Assembly: GCF_964194025.1 (NCBI RefSeq)
Contig: NC_134469.1
Span: 71,858,001-71,922,000, forward strand
Length of the DNA: 64,000 nucleotides
Reading direction: 5' to 3'
Source: Convolutriloba macropyga
Lineage: Eukaryota
A model generated the notes under the pieces. It saw nothing but the letters and a program-made list of their open reading frames with translations. It did no database searches and was not told the origin of the DNA. The position numbers and the translations under genes are program-made. Shown in pieces: positions 51,763 to 64,000 of this stretch; within the stretch, counting starts at the first letter, position 1, and each line of letters starts with the position of its first letter.

Positions 51763-51989
51763 GTTTTTTGGTACTGTTTACTTAGCTCTTACAGATAAAA
51801 TGTCATAAAAACTTGCCTGTGTCTAGTTGTTTTAGTCTGAATGTGTCTCCACCTCTAACTGTGTCTTGCCAATCACTATCGGGAACTGCTTGTCTGCTGG
51901 TTTGAAGAAAGTGAGTTGTTGTTGGTATGGAGAGACCCGTCTTCGTTGAATTCTGTTCTTAATGCTCAGTCTCTTCAATTGTCTGATGA

Positions 51990-52007
51990 CTTCAACGACT
52001 GTCACCA
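51990..52007 (-). other. Primer-binding site
   Basis: TGGTGACAGTCGTTGAAG immediately after the 5' LTR CA; TGG pairs with the tRNA CCA end. tRNA identity not determined. Confidence 0.85.
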
Positions 52008-52617
52008 TGTGATAACCTCTTTCTGAAGTGCGCCTATTCTGTCTACTTTTGGTAATTACTTTTTGTGTTAATTACCGTTGCTGTTATTAGGCATATTCCG
52101 TATGGGCATTATACGTATAGGCTATCAATTTGAAGTCGTAAAGAAGCAAGTTATTGTTGCGAACGTTGTGTTAATAAAAAAAATAAGTATGACGTTGAAT
52201 TGGATGCATGGGCCGGCGATCGTGCTTCTTTTATTTCTTCAGACTATAATTAAAGAGATGTTAAGATGGGACAATACAACTCATTCAAAACAGTATAAGG
52301 GATGATTCCCTTTACAGTATTTATCAGTTACAAAGAGAGACTAAGTAATCAGATGAATTTGTCGTATTAATCATAAAAAATACGTGGAGTTAAGTTGAAG
52401 GCAATATCGAATAGTGTCCTTCTCTAATTCTCTAAGCGTGCCTGTCTTCTTCTGTAATAATATATCTATATCCAACTAAAGTATAAAAGTTAATCAGTTC
52501 CCAGTTTCTTTCTCGGCCAATAGAAATTGTTTTCGTCATTATTGCGTTATTCTATTTTTATCTGCTTTTCCTTCTTTATTGTGAATAATATATAATAATA
52601 TGTGTAAGCATATGACA
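52008..52617 (-). repeat. 5' LTR
   Basis: Direct repeat of 35047-35648; followed by the PBS on the minus strand and by the TSD on the right. Confidence 0.95.
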
Positions 52618-55600
52618 AAATCAATATTAGCATCAGCATATCTCTTCTCTGCTAATGTTTCCAGATTCGGCCAGGCAGTCGCAAAAAAATTACTGCATTT
52701 CTTATTATATTGTGAAGAACTTTTCTTCTTTGTTCCAAATCAATGACTACAATATATGCCGAAAGGCATATTTTGTTTTTAATAATCAACTGTGGCTTGT
52801 GTTTAGGCGACCCACTTTCTTTCCATACTCGATTGCGCATGGTCCTCTTTTAAGACAACGAGAGGTTTCTTCATAACCAATTACGGTACATTTCATGATC
52901 CGAACTTTCATGATCCGAACAACGATTATTTTGTACATCCCAGTAATTTACAGGAATCTTTTGTTATTAATGGTTGTACTTTGTTCTCTGATATCAGATC
53001 ATTTAAAAACAAATGGTGAACTCAGCAAGCGGCACCCAACAAAAGACAAGCCTTATTACTCAAGGACTAGTGAACGCAATCTGAGGAAATCCTGTTAAAC
53101 AAACTCAATTGAAAAAAAATCGGTAAATCAATATTAGCATCAGAATATCTCTTCTTTGCTAATGTTTCCAGATTCGGTCAGGCAGTCGCAAAAAAATTAG
53201 TGCAATTCTTATTATATTGTGAAAAACTTTTCTTCTTTGTTCCAAATTAAGTACAAAAACGACCGAAAATAAAGAAACATTCAAGCAACTGATTCGATTT
53301 CAAGAAAAAGTGAAAACAAAGTCTGCACTTGAGCTCAATGATTTGAACTCAAATACTTCTCGATACTTTTCCAAGAAAGCAGTTCCTATATAACATTTTG
53401 ATAGTCGTCGTAGTCGTCGACATTTAATGAATGCAAAAACCCAGCCATGATCATCAAACTCTGCATTATTTCCTTTCTTAGTATAAAAAAATCAGCACTC
53501 AACTAAAATCAAATAAGTTCCCGACTTCGAATTCTGTGGTCGCCTTATTCACAACTCCCGTTAAATCAACAATGGACAGAAAGGGCAGACACGCTAAATG
53601 GGTGATTTGCTCGGTTTCTCCTTTAAAAGTTAATTCATTTCTTCTTTTTTGGTCTGTTTGTCTTTAAAAGAAAAATTGCTTGGGGTTTTGTGCGAATAAA
53701 ATTAATAGATTAAGGAAATACGTATTTGGGTCATTATTTCATCTGAATTTTTTTCGGATTTCGTATGAAGGTTTTTGCACTTCTGGAATTTATTAGTGTA
53801 TATGTGTTGCTGCTTTGTTTATAACGTGTAACAAAAAGCAAGCTTTTCAACAATTCGAGGACTAATGTATCTCAATCTGAATGAAATCTATTGAACAAAC
53901 TCAATCTAACTAATTAATATTGAAATAACACCGAAAAGTAAAGCAATTTTCAAGCAAAAACCGATTCGACTTCATGAAAAAAAATAGTAAAAACAGGGTC
54001 TGCACTTGCACTCAAAGATTTGAACTCAAATTTTTCTTGATATTTCTCTGAGGCTGATATTTTTAGTTCTTCTATAACCCTCTGATAGTTGTCGACATTT
54101 TATGAATGCGGTATACCAAACAGGACTAAAAAACAATATTTAACTTTCTTTAAATCAAAATTTTACTATAACAAAATCAGCACTGAAATTATAGACAAAT
54201 AAATTCCTGACTTACAATTCTACGGTTGCGTTATTACCAATTTTCATTACATCAAGAGTGCAGAGAAAGGGCAGACCCGTTAAAGGGGTTAACTTGCTCG
54301 GTGTTTCCTTTAAAAACTTGATTCATTTCTCTTTTGGTCTGTTTCTCTTTAAGAAAAAGTGCTTGCTGTTGTGTACAAATGAAATTGGTAGATTAGGAAT
54401 ATACGTATTAGGGACACTTTTTCAATTTATTTTGTATAAAACTTTTTGCACCCCCTGACATATTTTTGTAATGATTTACTTTGAATTGGCACAGAATGGT
54501 GGGAGTAATTGGGAAGAGTACAACTTACTGGGGGCGCAAACAGAAAAGATTCAAATAATTATAAAGCCGTTTTTATTCTATAAAATTATCATCTGCTCCT
54601 CGCAAATATCTTAAAACAACCGTAACAAAAATTCCGTTTTCGCATTTGCACTCTACTGCATCAGTGTGACTATAATTGCCATACAATTATGAGTTATAGT
54701 TGACATAAGAAAACTCAAAAATTTTTGCTACTAAAATACGCGCGCAAGCTCAAATAGTTCACAATGTTTTGTTATATCCAAAAAAATGTCCTTGCCAAAG
54801 AAAATTTGTTAAATGTATAAATACAAACAATTGGAAGCATATTCAATCAAAACAAAAATTAATTTATATATATACAGAAACAGAAGTGGAATTCTGTGGT
54901 TCAAAGATTTTTTACCATGTGCTGAGGTTTCGATAAAAATTTTTCCTTACAATGCATTACTAGTAAAACACAGCCAGCTAGTAAAACAGAAACCAAAACA
55001 AGAGGAATTTTTTTGGGAAACCATCGAACACCGATAAGGAGCTTGATAGCTGAACAATGCTTGAAAAGAGCCATTGAAATAATTCTCGCCCAGATTTCTT
55101 TCTTGCAACAATTTCATCAACTTTTGTAAAAAAAATTTTGAAACGCTCACCAAGGAATATGTTTATCCGGAATTGTGGAAAATGAGTTGCTTTAGGGATA
55201 GCGACAAACAAAATGGCATGCGATATTGGCCTAAAAGCCTACTCTGCTGTAGTTCAAAGTCTTTAAAAAAATTACTAGGTTTTACTAGGTTGGCTTTACA
55301 ATTTCATAAAATCTCTCGGATGTCCAACACGTTTTTTATCAAAGTATATCATCCGTTACTCAGCTGATTGAGTCTTTGGACACCTTATTCAAATTGTTTG
55401 ACAACCACAATGTAGAATATTTGTCAGTCTTGTATTTAGGATTCTAATAATGCATTTGATTGCGTTTGCCACAATCTTCTTATAAATAGGCTGAAAATAA
55501 ATTTAACAAGACAGCCCCTGCAAGTCTGCATGTTGCAAAAATGTTGCAATAACACCAATTAACACCGTCACGGTTGCAATAACACCAATTAAATTCTACC

Positions 55601-58600
55601 AGAGAAATCGATGGCAGCATTCCAAGCATTCCAAAGCAACTAATATGCATTGGAGTAAGCTACTTGAACTGGTTGGCTAAAAAATATGCCTTTTTACCTA
55701 TTAAAGAAAGTAATTTTTAGGTGTTCTGATATCAGATCTTTTCAAAACAAACCGACATTAAGAGCGCAGCAAGTTGATGTTTGATAATGAAAAAAAAGCA
55801 ATGAACAGGTCACAAAATTGAACAATTCGGCGTATTTGATCTTATTAGTGCATTTAAAGCCGTTATTATTCTAAAAAGTATGCGCATGTTCCTTGCAAAT
55901 ATTCCTTCCGTTTTAGCATTTTCATTATTGCATCCGCGTGATTCAATTCAATTTTCAATGTTGAAGACTAGGTGACGTTAGACAACTTTATAATTTTTGC
56001 TATTATAATACTCTGGCAAGCACAAATATATCTGCCCAATGTTTTGTTCAACACAAAGAATTGAATAAAAAAATGTCCCCTGCGAAGAGTTTGGTTAAAT
56101 GTATGAATATAAAAGGGCAGAAGCATTTCTAACCAAAGATCTGATGAAGAGGAAAACTGATGTTTACTCAAACAGAATTCGAATTCTGTGGTTTAGAGAT
56201 CTCGTACCATGTGCAGAAGTTTTGATAACAATTTTTCAATAAACTGCATTGCTATTAAATATTGCTAGGGAGTCCTCGCTTGTGAAACAAGCACTAAAAC
56301 ATGAAAAGTTTCTTAGAGAAAGCTATGAACACTTACAAGAAGCTTGAAAGCTGAGAAAAAGCTTGAAAAGAACCATTGAAGATAATTTTCGTCTAACACT
56401 TGCATTCAAGATTTGTGTTGCCCCATAAACCGCAAAATGATTTGCTTGATTTTCTTTTTGCCGCTGATCAGTTTACAGGAAATTTTCCGTTCGTGCCCGC
56501 CAGCAGATTATGTGCCACTAGTTACAGAACACGTGTCATCACATAGTTAATCGTTATATAAAAATATGTCACGTGCGTCTGAAGGTGCTAATTGTGTTCA
56601 CCCAGTTACCTGGGGGGCACAAGGGACAAAGGAAAAAGGTTCAAATGAGGTAGGATATCTACAGCTTAGAAAAAGAAAACAACACAAAAAGAAGTCGCAG
56701 TTGGTGATAAAAAGCATATAAAATTTTTGCTTAGGCAACTCTGAAAACACGTTACCACAATGCAGAGAAATTTCGTGCACTTCGTTGAACAAATAGGGAA
56801 GTTTCCAATCAAACAATTTATATTGTTATGACCATGCTGATGTTTTTTCGAAAAAAAATAACAAAAAAAAAATAAAATGTCGGCTACAAAACTAAACTGA
56901 TTCTTTTTTTACAAGACACTCCATCCCATTTAACATCATAAAGACGAAAACAGTCCAATTGTAACAAAAGAAAATTACCGGACATCACAAAACCACTCAA
57001 AATAATTTTTCAAACGTTCATCAACAAAAATGTTCATCACGATTTTTTAAAATGAGTTTGCTTTAAGGACGGTGACAAAGCAAACGGTAAGCGATATCGG
57101 CCGAAAAGCCTACTCTGCTGTAGTTCAAAGTCTTTGAAAAATAATTACTTGATTGGCTTTACAGTTTCATAAAATCTCGGATGCCCAACATGGCTTTTGT
57201 CAAAGTACATCATCTGTGACGCAGCTGATTTAGTTTTTGGACACCTTATACAACTTGTTTGACAACTTCAATGTAGAATATCTGTCAGTCCAGTACTTAG
57301 AATTATAAAAATGAAATTGATTGCGTTTGCCACAATCGTCTTGTAAATAAGCTGATAATAAATCTAACAAGACAGCCCCTGCAAGTCTGCATGCTGCAAA
57401 AAATGTTCCAACTTACCTGTCACGGTTTCAATAACACCAATTAAATTCTGCCATAGAAATCAATGGCAGCATTCAAAATCAATTATTAAGCATTGGAGAA
57501 AGCTACTTGTATTGGTTGGCTAAAAAAAATATGCCCTTTTTTACCTATTAAAGAATGTAATGTTAAGGTTTTCTGATATCGGATCTTTTTAATACAAATT
57601 GACATTGACGTTTGAGAATGGAAAAAAAAGCAATGAACAGTTCACAAAAGTGGATAATTCGGGATATTTGATCCTATACGTGCATATGTGTTGCTGCTGT
57701 AATGTTTGATAATTTGTATCAAATGTCAATCAAGACGCACTTGCCATATTTTTTCATAATGATTTACTATGTGGGCTCATGCACTGTAACTGGGGGGAGT
57801 ATAAAGTACTTGGGGGCACAAAAGGAAAAAATCAAAAAAAACATAAAGCCGTTATTATTCTAAGAATTAGGCATATGTTCCTTGCAAATAATTAAAAACA
57901 ACCTTAGCAAAACTTCTGTTTTCGCATTTTCACTACTGCATCCGCGAGATTAAAATCAACATTCAATGTTGAATACTAGATGACGTCAGACAACTTTCTA
58001 ATTTTTGCTATTAAAGTATTAGGGCATAGTGAAATAGACCTACCCAAAACCTATGAACACTTACAAGAAGCTTGAAAGCTGAGCAGAAGCTTGAGAAGAG
58101 CCTTTGAAGAAAATTCTCGTCTAACAGTTGCGTTCAACATTTGCATTGTTCCATAAATCGTCCATCCCATTTAAGATCATAAAGAAAAAGCTGTCCACCT
58201 GTAACCACAAACATTCTTTTCACTGCCAAAATAACTCAAAATATTCTTTCAAACCTTCATCAACAAAAATATTTATCACGATTTTGTAAAATGAGTTTGT
58301 TTCAAGGACGGCGACAAACCAAATGGTATGCGATATCGGCCGCAAATCCTACTCTGCTGTAGTTCAAAGTCTTTGAAAAATAATTTTTTGATTGGCTTTA
58401 CAGTTTCATGAAATTGCTCGGATGCCCAAAACGGTTTTTGTCGAAGTAGATCAACTGTGACACCTTTAGTTTTTGAACATTTTATACATTTGTTTGACAA
58501 CTGCAATGTGGAAGACTTATCTGTCCTGTAGTTAAGATTGTAAACATTCACTTGATTACTTTTACCACAATCTTCTGATAAATAAGTTGATAATAAACCC

Positions 58601-58780
58601 AAAAAGACAGCTCCTGCAGGTCTGTATGTTGCAATTAATCTTCCGACCTACCTGTCACGGTTGCAAAAACACCGTTTAAAATCTACATGAGATATCGATC
58701 GGAGCATTCGAAAGCGAATTGGAGGCATTGGGAAAATTACTTGTAGCGCTTGGTCTAAAAACATGCCGCTAAATTTCAAA
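52618..58780. repeat. Old, diverged tandem repeats and local duplications (related sequence also at ~32800-33170)
   Basis: Block CGTTTTCGCATTT.CACT.ACTGCAT recurs at ~32812, 54636, 55909 and 57917. Block GCGATAT.GGCC..AAA.CCTACTCTGCTGTAGTTCAAAGTCTTT recurs at ~55220, 57091 and 58330. Further short duplications 52618/53125 and 53270/53940. Confidence 0.85.
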
Positions 58781-58964
58781 ATTACAAGCTGTTGAAAAAA
58801 GTAATACAATTTGAAAGACACAAAAAATCCATATATACACTCACATACAGCGGCTATTACACAAACAAATACCCAGACGCAAAAACAAAACTCAACAAAA
58901 AACTTTAAAGTTTGTTTTGTGTTAATTGGTCACCACTCAATATTTGTCTCATAATCTAGGTCTT

Positions 58965-61900
58965 TTTATTTAAAAAAATTGGGTGTGGACTTTATGAGAC
59001 AATTATATCGTATTTTTGACACTATACTCTGAAATGTACCTTCTTAAAGTTTTCAGAAAACATTTTTTCAATCGCGAATTTTTTACCTGCACAACGGGAC
59101 AATTAAAATGTGCTTGATTGTTACCTTCTCGTTTACTAGGTGGGGATTTTCTGAGCCCTTTGTATCGCAGTAATCGTAAAATGGATCTAAATTCAGAAAT
59201 GAACTAATTGAACTATTTTGAAACATTTTTAACTATCGATGTATCATGAGCACATTCCACCCATTGGTATTTATCAAAAGTTACGCAGACAGATTAAAAG
59301 TTAGAATTGATGAATAGATTTTCTTTTCTGAACATATGTAAAACCGCAATTTTTCTGCTGAATTTTCTAACTTTATCAACTTTCTTTTCTAATACTTCTG
59401 ACAGTTTCTTCACTCTTCATCTAGTTTCTTTATATTGTGAAAAGGAATGTTGAGAACTCTTTGTAAATCCTTTGATTAGTTGCCTTGAGAACATTGGTTA
59501 TCATTAAAAATGAGTGTTTTGTCCTTGTCCTTATTCCAAATAGAGTATTTTTTAAAATGTATGAAAGTTTAATAATTGATTTGAAAGACGGTTTCTTCTT
59601 TTTCTTCCAGGAGATCTTTTTGTTTTTCATAAGTATTTTTGTGATCAGTGAAAAATTTAATTCTTCAATTTACAGAAACGCCCCAAACTTGGAAAAAAAC
59701 CGTTCGAAGATCAATTTCAAAACGCAGAAAATTGAATTTTTTTTCATATACAAAAAAAATTTGTAAAAATTTAAAAAAATATTTTAATTCTGACAACCCA
59801 GAAACTCTTTAACTTTCAATTTCGCTTGTATTTGCTTTTACTGAATAGGGTTAGTTTGAAATATCTTCTTGGACATTATAAAGAATACAAATGAAATAGG
59901 TAAGAAAATAACACCGTATTGTTTGAACAGTCGATTATGTTGACTTGATAGTTCGTTCATGATAGTTTTTTTCCACAATTTCATTGTTTCAAAATACTAA
60001 TGTCATTACTTCTGATTGAAGGAGAAAAATTCTTTAGAGAAATAACTCTCCAATTTCGGAAAGAATACATTTTTCTGCTTTCAGCTCTACCTTTGCACCA
60101 CATTTGTTACAGCAGAAAACAGAGAAACGGATAGAAATATTTTAAAAACAAAACTTTGAGAAAAATAGAAAGTCATTGATTTGGTAATTTTTGGTTCATA
60201 TAATATGTTTGTTAGTTTTAAGGCTTGAAATGTTAATGTATCTGGTGAAAATTTTCAATTCAAACTATATAATTATAAATTGATTACAAAATTTTTGTCT
60301 GTTTCTATCCTAAAAATCAATGCAATTTGTCAAACAATCCCCCTCCCCATCCCCCCCCCCCCAATTACGCTCGGCTCACCAGCGATCAAAAATTTTCTTT
60401 TTTGTCCGTGAAAAAATGACTAAGGAAAACAGCCATTCTTGCATATATAGTTGCCCAATTTTGAAAAAACGATGGAACAAAAAATCAATTTTCGGGAATA
60501 GGGCACAGAGTACGGAATATTTTGACCTCGTACTAAAAATATCCGAGACAGTCAGCAAAAAGTTAATAATCAATGCTCAAATGCCTGTTTATAATCAATG
60601 CTTGTTTCTGCTAATTATCTCACAGACACTACTGTAGTGCCTCTATTGACAATATGAAAGTGTTAACTACAAGAAACATTATCCTCCAAATGAACAAAGT
60701 TAAATAAATGGAGCAAAGGAAAAAAAGAAGCTAAATGTTTCGAAGTTCAAACTGGTCAAAAATAAAAGAAGAGCTTCAAGGAACTCTTAAAGAAAACTTA
60801 ATAGAAATGCCAATTCAACAAAAAACTGAGTCTTATTTTAACGTCTAGTTATTTGTCGTGGAACGAAAACTTATAGTAGATGTAAATAGCCATCTCGACC
60901 ATGTACATGTCCAAGCAAGGTATATCGCCACTTTCAACCACTAGATCAAAATTCAAATACTATTGCAAATACGATGTTTCAAATCTCACAAACACACACA
61001 AAGCATTTTACCTTCCCAAATAAAACCAAGAATAACTGAAAAGAAACAACAAAAGGCAACAAAGCCGATTTTTCATACTGACCTTAGTTACAGTTACAAC
61101 GACTAATGAAATTAAAACTACTTCAATTTTTACTGAACACAGAAATGCAAGATCTTTCACCATTTTTTTCTGAAACAAGTGATGCAACGGACTCCGAAGA
61201 AGCTTACTGGGATGTTGAAGAGAAAACTGAAAGGAACAAAGGTTTGCCCTCAACACGGCATTAGTCAGTACGTCAATTGACAATACATATAAGTTTTTTC
61301 AGGCGACCGGCTCTATTTTCAAATCTTATATCTAGGTTGTAAGTCTTCATCTAAGTCTTTTTTTAAAAAAAAAATTGGGGGTGGAATTTTGGAGGCATCG
61401 TACTTTTGACACTATACTCTGAAACGTATCTTCTTAAAGTTTTTAGATTTTTTTTTCAGCTGTGAATTTTCACAAGCACAGCGGGACAATTAATTTTCAA
61501 AATCCTGCAGAAGTGTTATAATGGACTGTTAGCAACAGCGTTTGGCTATTGAGCACATTTGAATCCTCAACTTGTAGAAAAAATTAATTATATTTCCCAA
61601 TTCTGCTTTCTTTCTGACGTTTCACTCTGTCTCCATTTGTGTCTAATATGTGAATAAGCTAACTCTTTCCCACTAAACAATCGTTTTTTCACTCCCTCAT
61701 ACTAAAACCACTCTTATGAAAATCAGAGACCTATGAAAGCACCCACACGAACGCAACGCGCTCACAAATAAACACACATTACAAACTTCAACAACGATAA
61801 CTACTCAATTTTTTTTTGGAATGTAATCTTTACTCAGAAATCGTCGCTCTAGTTTATGTATGGTTTGAACAATTTTTTCAGGAGAAACAGTTGTGCACTT

Positions 61901-63935
61901 TTTTAGGCAATTGTATTGGTAATCATAAAATACACAGCAAAACCTGAAAATAACCTTTCGAATATTTTCAATTTTTTTGTCAACTCTGATGTTTCATGAG
62001 CATAAGAGAACAATTATTTTTTCTCAAAACCTTGCAAATGTGATATCAGGGTGACTTAAAAACACGTAGCCTTGGCAATAGACATATATAAAATTGCATT
62101 TCTTAGCAAAGTTTGTGTTATTCTTCTTCTTTCTCTCATATACAAATTACAAACAATGATGAAACGCACAGTCGTGCATACACACACAGACGAGCACATA
62201 CACAAATATAATCAAACACAGACACATATCTTGCCAACAAAAAAAAACAAATTTTATTGCGACATCTGATCTTTACAATGTCTGTCAGCGTGCGTTTGTG
62301 TCTCGACTGTTTCCTTCTAGTTTAATAGGTATGGATTTTTGAGGCCTTTATATTTCAGTAATCTTCAACTGGATCTAAATTCGGAATGAACTTTACGAAA
62401 TATTTCGAAACATTTTTTAAATATTGATGTATCATAAGCATACTCAACTCATTCGTATTTATCAAATATTACGCAAAAAATTAAAAGTTAGATTTATTGA
62501 ATAGATTTTGTTTTCTGAATAAATCAAAAACCTCAATTTTTCAGCTGAATTTTCTTACTTAATCAACTTTGTTTCAAATGCTTCTCACAGTTTCTGCAAT
62601 TTAACCTAGTTTTTTTAACGTGAAAAAGAATGTTGAGAACTGTTTGCAAAATCTCTTATTTAGCTGCTTTGAGGAATATTTGTCTTTAGTGAAGATGAAT
62701 GTTTTGGTCATGTCCCTATTTCATAAAGAATATTTTTAATGACATAGGAAAATTTAATAATTATTTTGAAAGAAAGCTTCTTCTTTTTCAGCCACGATAA
62801 ACTTTGGTTTTTCACAAACATTTTTGCAATCTCGAAGAAATTAGTTCTTCAATATACAGAAACCCCCAAAGTCTGCAGAAGATACGTTCGAAGAGCAATT
62901 CCAAAGTACCGAAATTTGAAAATTTATTTCTCATTTTTAAAAAAAATATATAAACATGTATTGAATTCTACCTTTTGACAACCCGGAAACACTCCAACTT
63001 TCAATTTCGCTTGTATTCATCATTAATAGATAGGATTAGTATGACATATCTGCTTGGATATTATAAAGAACAGAAATAAAATAGGTAAGAAAATAATACC
63101 GTCTTCTTTTGAACAATCGATTTAGTTGATATAATGTTCAGTTCACGATACTGGATTTTCTACAGTTCCATGGTTTCAAAAAACTTTTTAGAGAAATAAC
63201 TATCTAATTTAGAAAAAATACATTTTTTTGCTTTTAGCTCTATAGTTTCTTTGTGATTTTTTGATTTTGTTGGCTCTAACTCGTCTGAAGTCTTTATTTT
63301 CCCTTAAATTTATTGTTTTCTGGCTTTACTGAGTGAGAACGGTTTGTACCAAAGTTTTGACAGCAGAGAACAGAGAGAAGGATAGAAACATTTTAAAAAC
63401 AAATAATTTTGAGAAAAAAAATAATTATTTGGGAAATTTTTATATTATTTTTAGTAGTTTTTAGGCTTGTGACGTTAATCTATTGATGAAAATTTACAGT
63501 TCAAGCTAAATAGTTTTAAATTGATCACGAAATTTTTTGTTTTTTCTATCCTTAATTTCAAAGCGATTTGTCAAACAACGCCACTCCGCCTACCCTCCAT
63601 ATACGCCCGGCTCAACAGCGATCAATCATTTTTGCTTTTGTCAATCGAAAATTTTAGATCAGAGGTTTCATTTTTTCATGTTTTTGATAATTTGTGAATA
63701 AACAGGTAATATAAATTCCCAGGGCAAAAAAATGGCGTCTTTCTTTTTTTCCTACGATGCATAACCGAAAATGAAAAAATGACGAAGGAAAACAGCAATT
63801 CTTGCAGATATATTCGCCCATTTTTGAAAACAGGATTTAACAAAAAAAATCAGTTATAAGGCACCGAATACGATATATGCTGACCTAGTACTTGCAATAT
63901 CGAAGACAGTCAGTAAAAAAATAACCATTGCTCAG
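58965..63935. repeat. Diverged ~1.6-kb direct duplication (58965-60580 vs 61360-63935; the second copy has insertions)
   Basis: Collinear shared blocks TTTTGACACTATACTCTGAAA, GGATCTAAATTC, AACTTTCAATTTCGCTTGTATT, AAATAGGTAAGAAAATAA and GACAGTCAG. Confidence 0.85.
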
Positions 63936-64000
63936 AGGTGATTAAAGGGTAAAACTTTTCGGCCCTTATTTACATTGTTTCTTTTAAATTTTTCCCGGAA

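Larger units (their letters stand above)
34707..52617 (-). mobile_element. Ty3/Gypsy (Metaviridae-like) LTR retrotransposon with env, decayed, 17.9 kb
   Basis: TG...CA LTRs. 5-bp TSD AAATC (34702-34706 and 52618-52622), confirmed by an empty paralogous site CGGT-AAATC-AATATTAGC at 53121-53138. Domain order gag-PR-RT-RH-IN-env. Confidence 0.96.

Overview
AT-rich eukaryotic (most likely invertebrate animal) genomic DNA, dominated by transposable elements. Host genes: the first coding exon of a STE20/MAP4K-type kinase (- strand, 14017-14151, not in the ORF track) and an intact three-exon class A GPCR (+ strand, 23462-31694). Mobile DNA: (1) a decayed CRE-clade non-LTR retrotransposon (RT plus restriction-like endonuclease, with an apparent Tudor/chromo-barrel domain) inserted into one copy of a 3-kb tandem duplication; (2) three Helentron/DINE-1-type non-autonomous elements; (3) a 6.9-kb foldback element; (4) a 17.9-kb decayed Ty3/Gypsy LTR element with gag, an internally triplicated pol and a class I env. 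The most striking observation lies inside the LTR element, between pol and env: an antisense gene with GT-AG introns whose spliced product resembles an OTU cysteine protease (deubiquitinase), possibly preceded by a PHD finger and ending in a basic NLS-like tail. All assignments come from manual reading and motif recognition; no searches were run.
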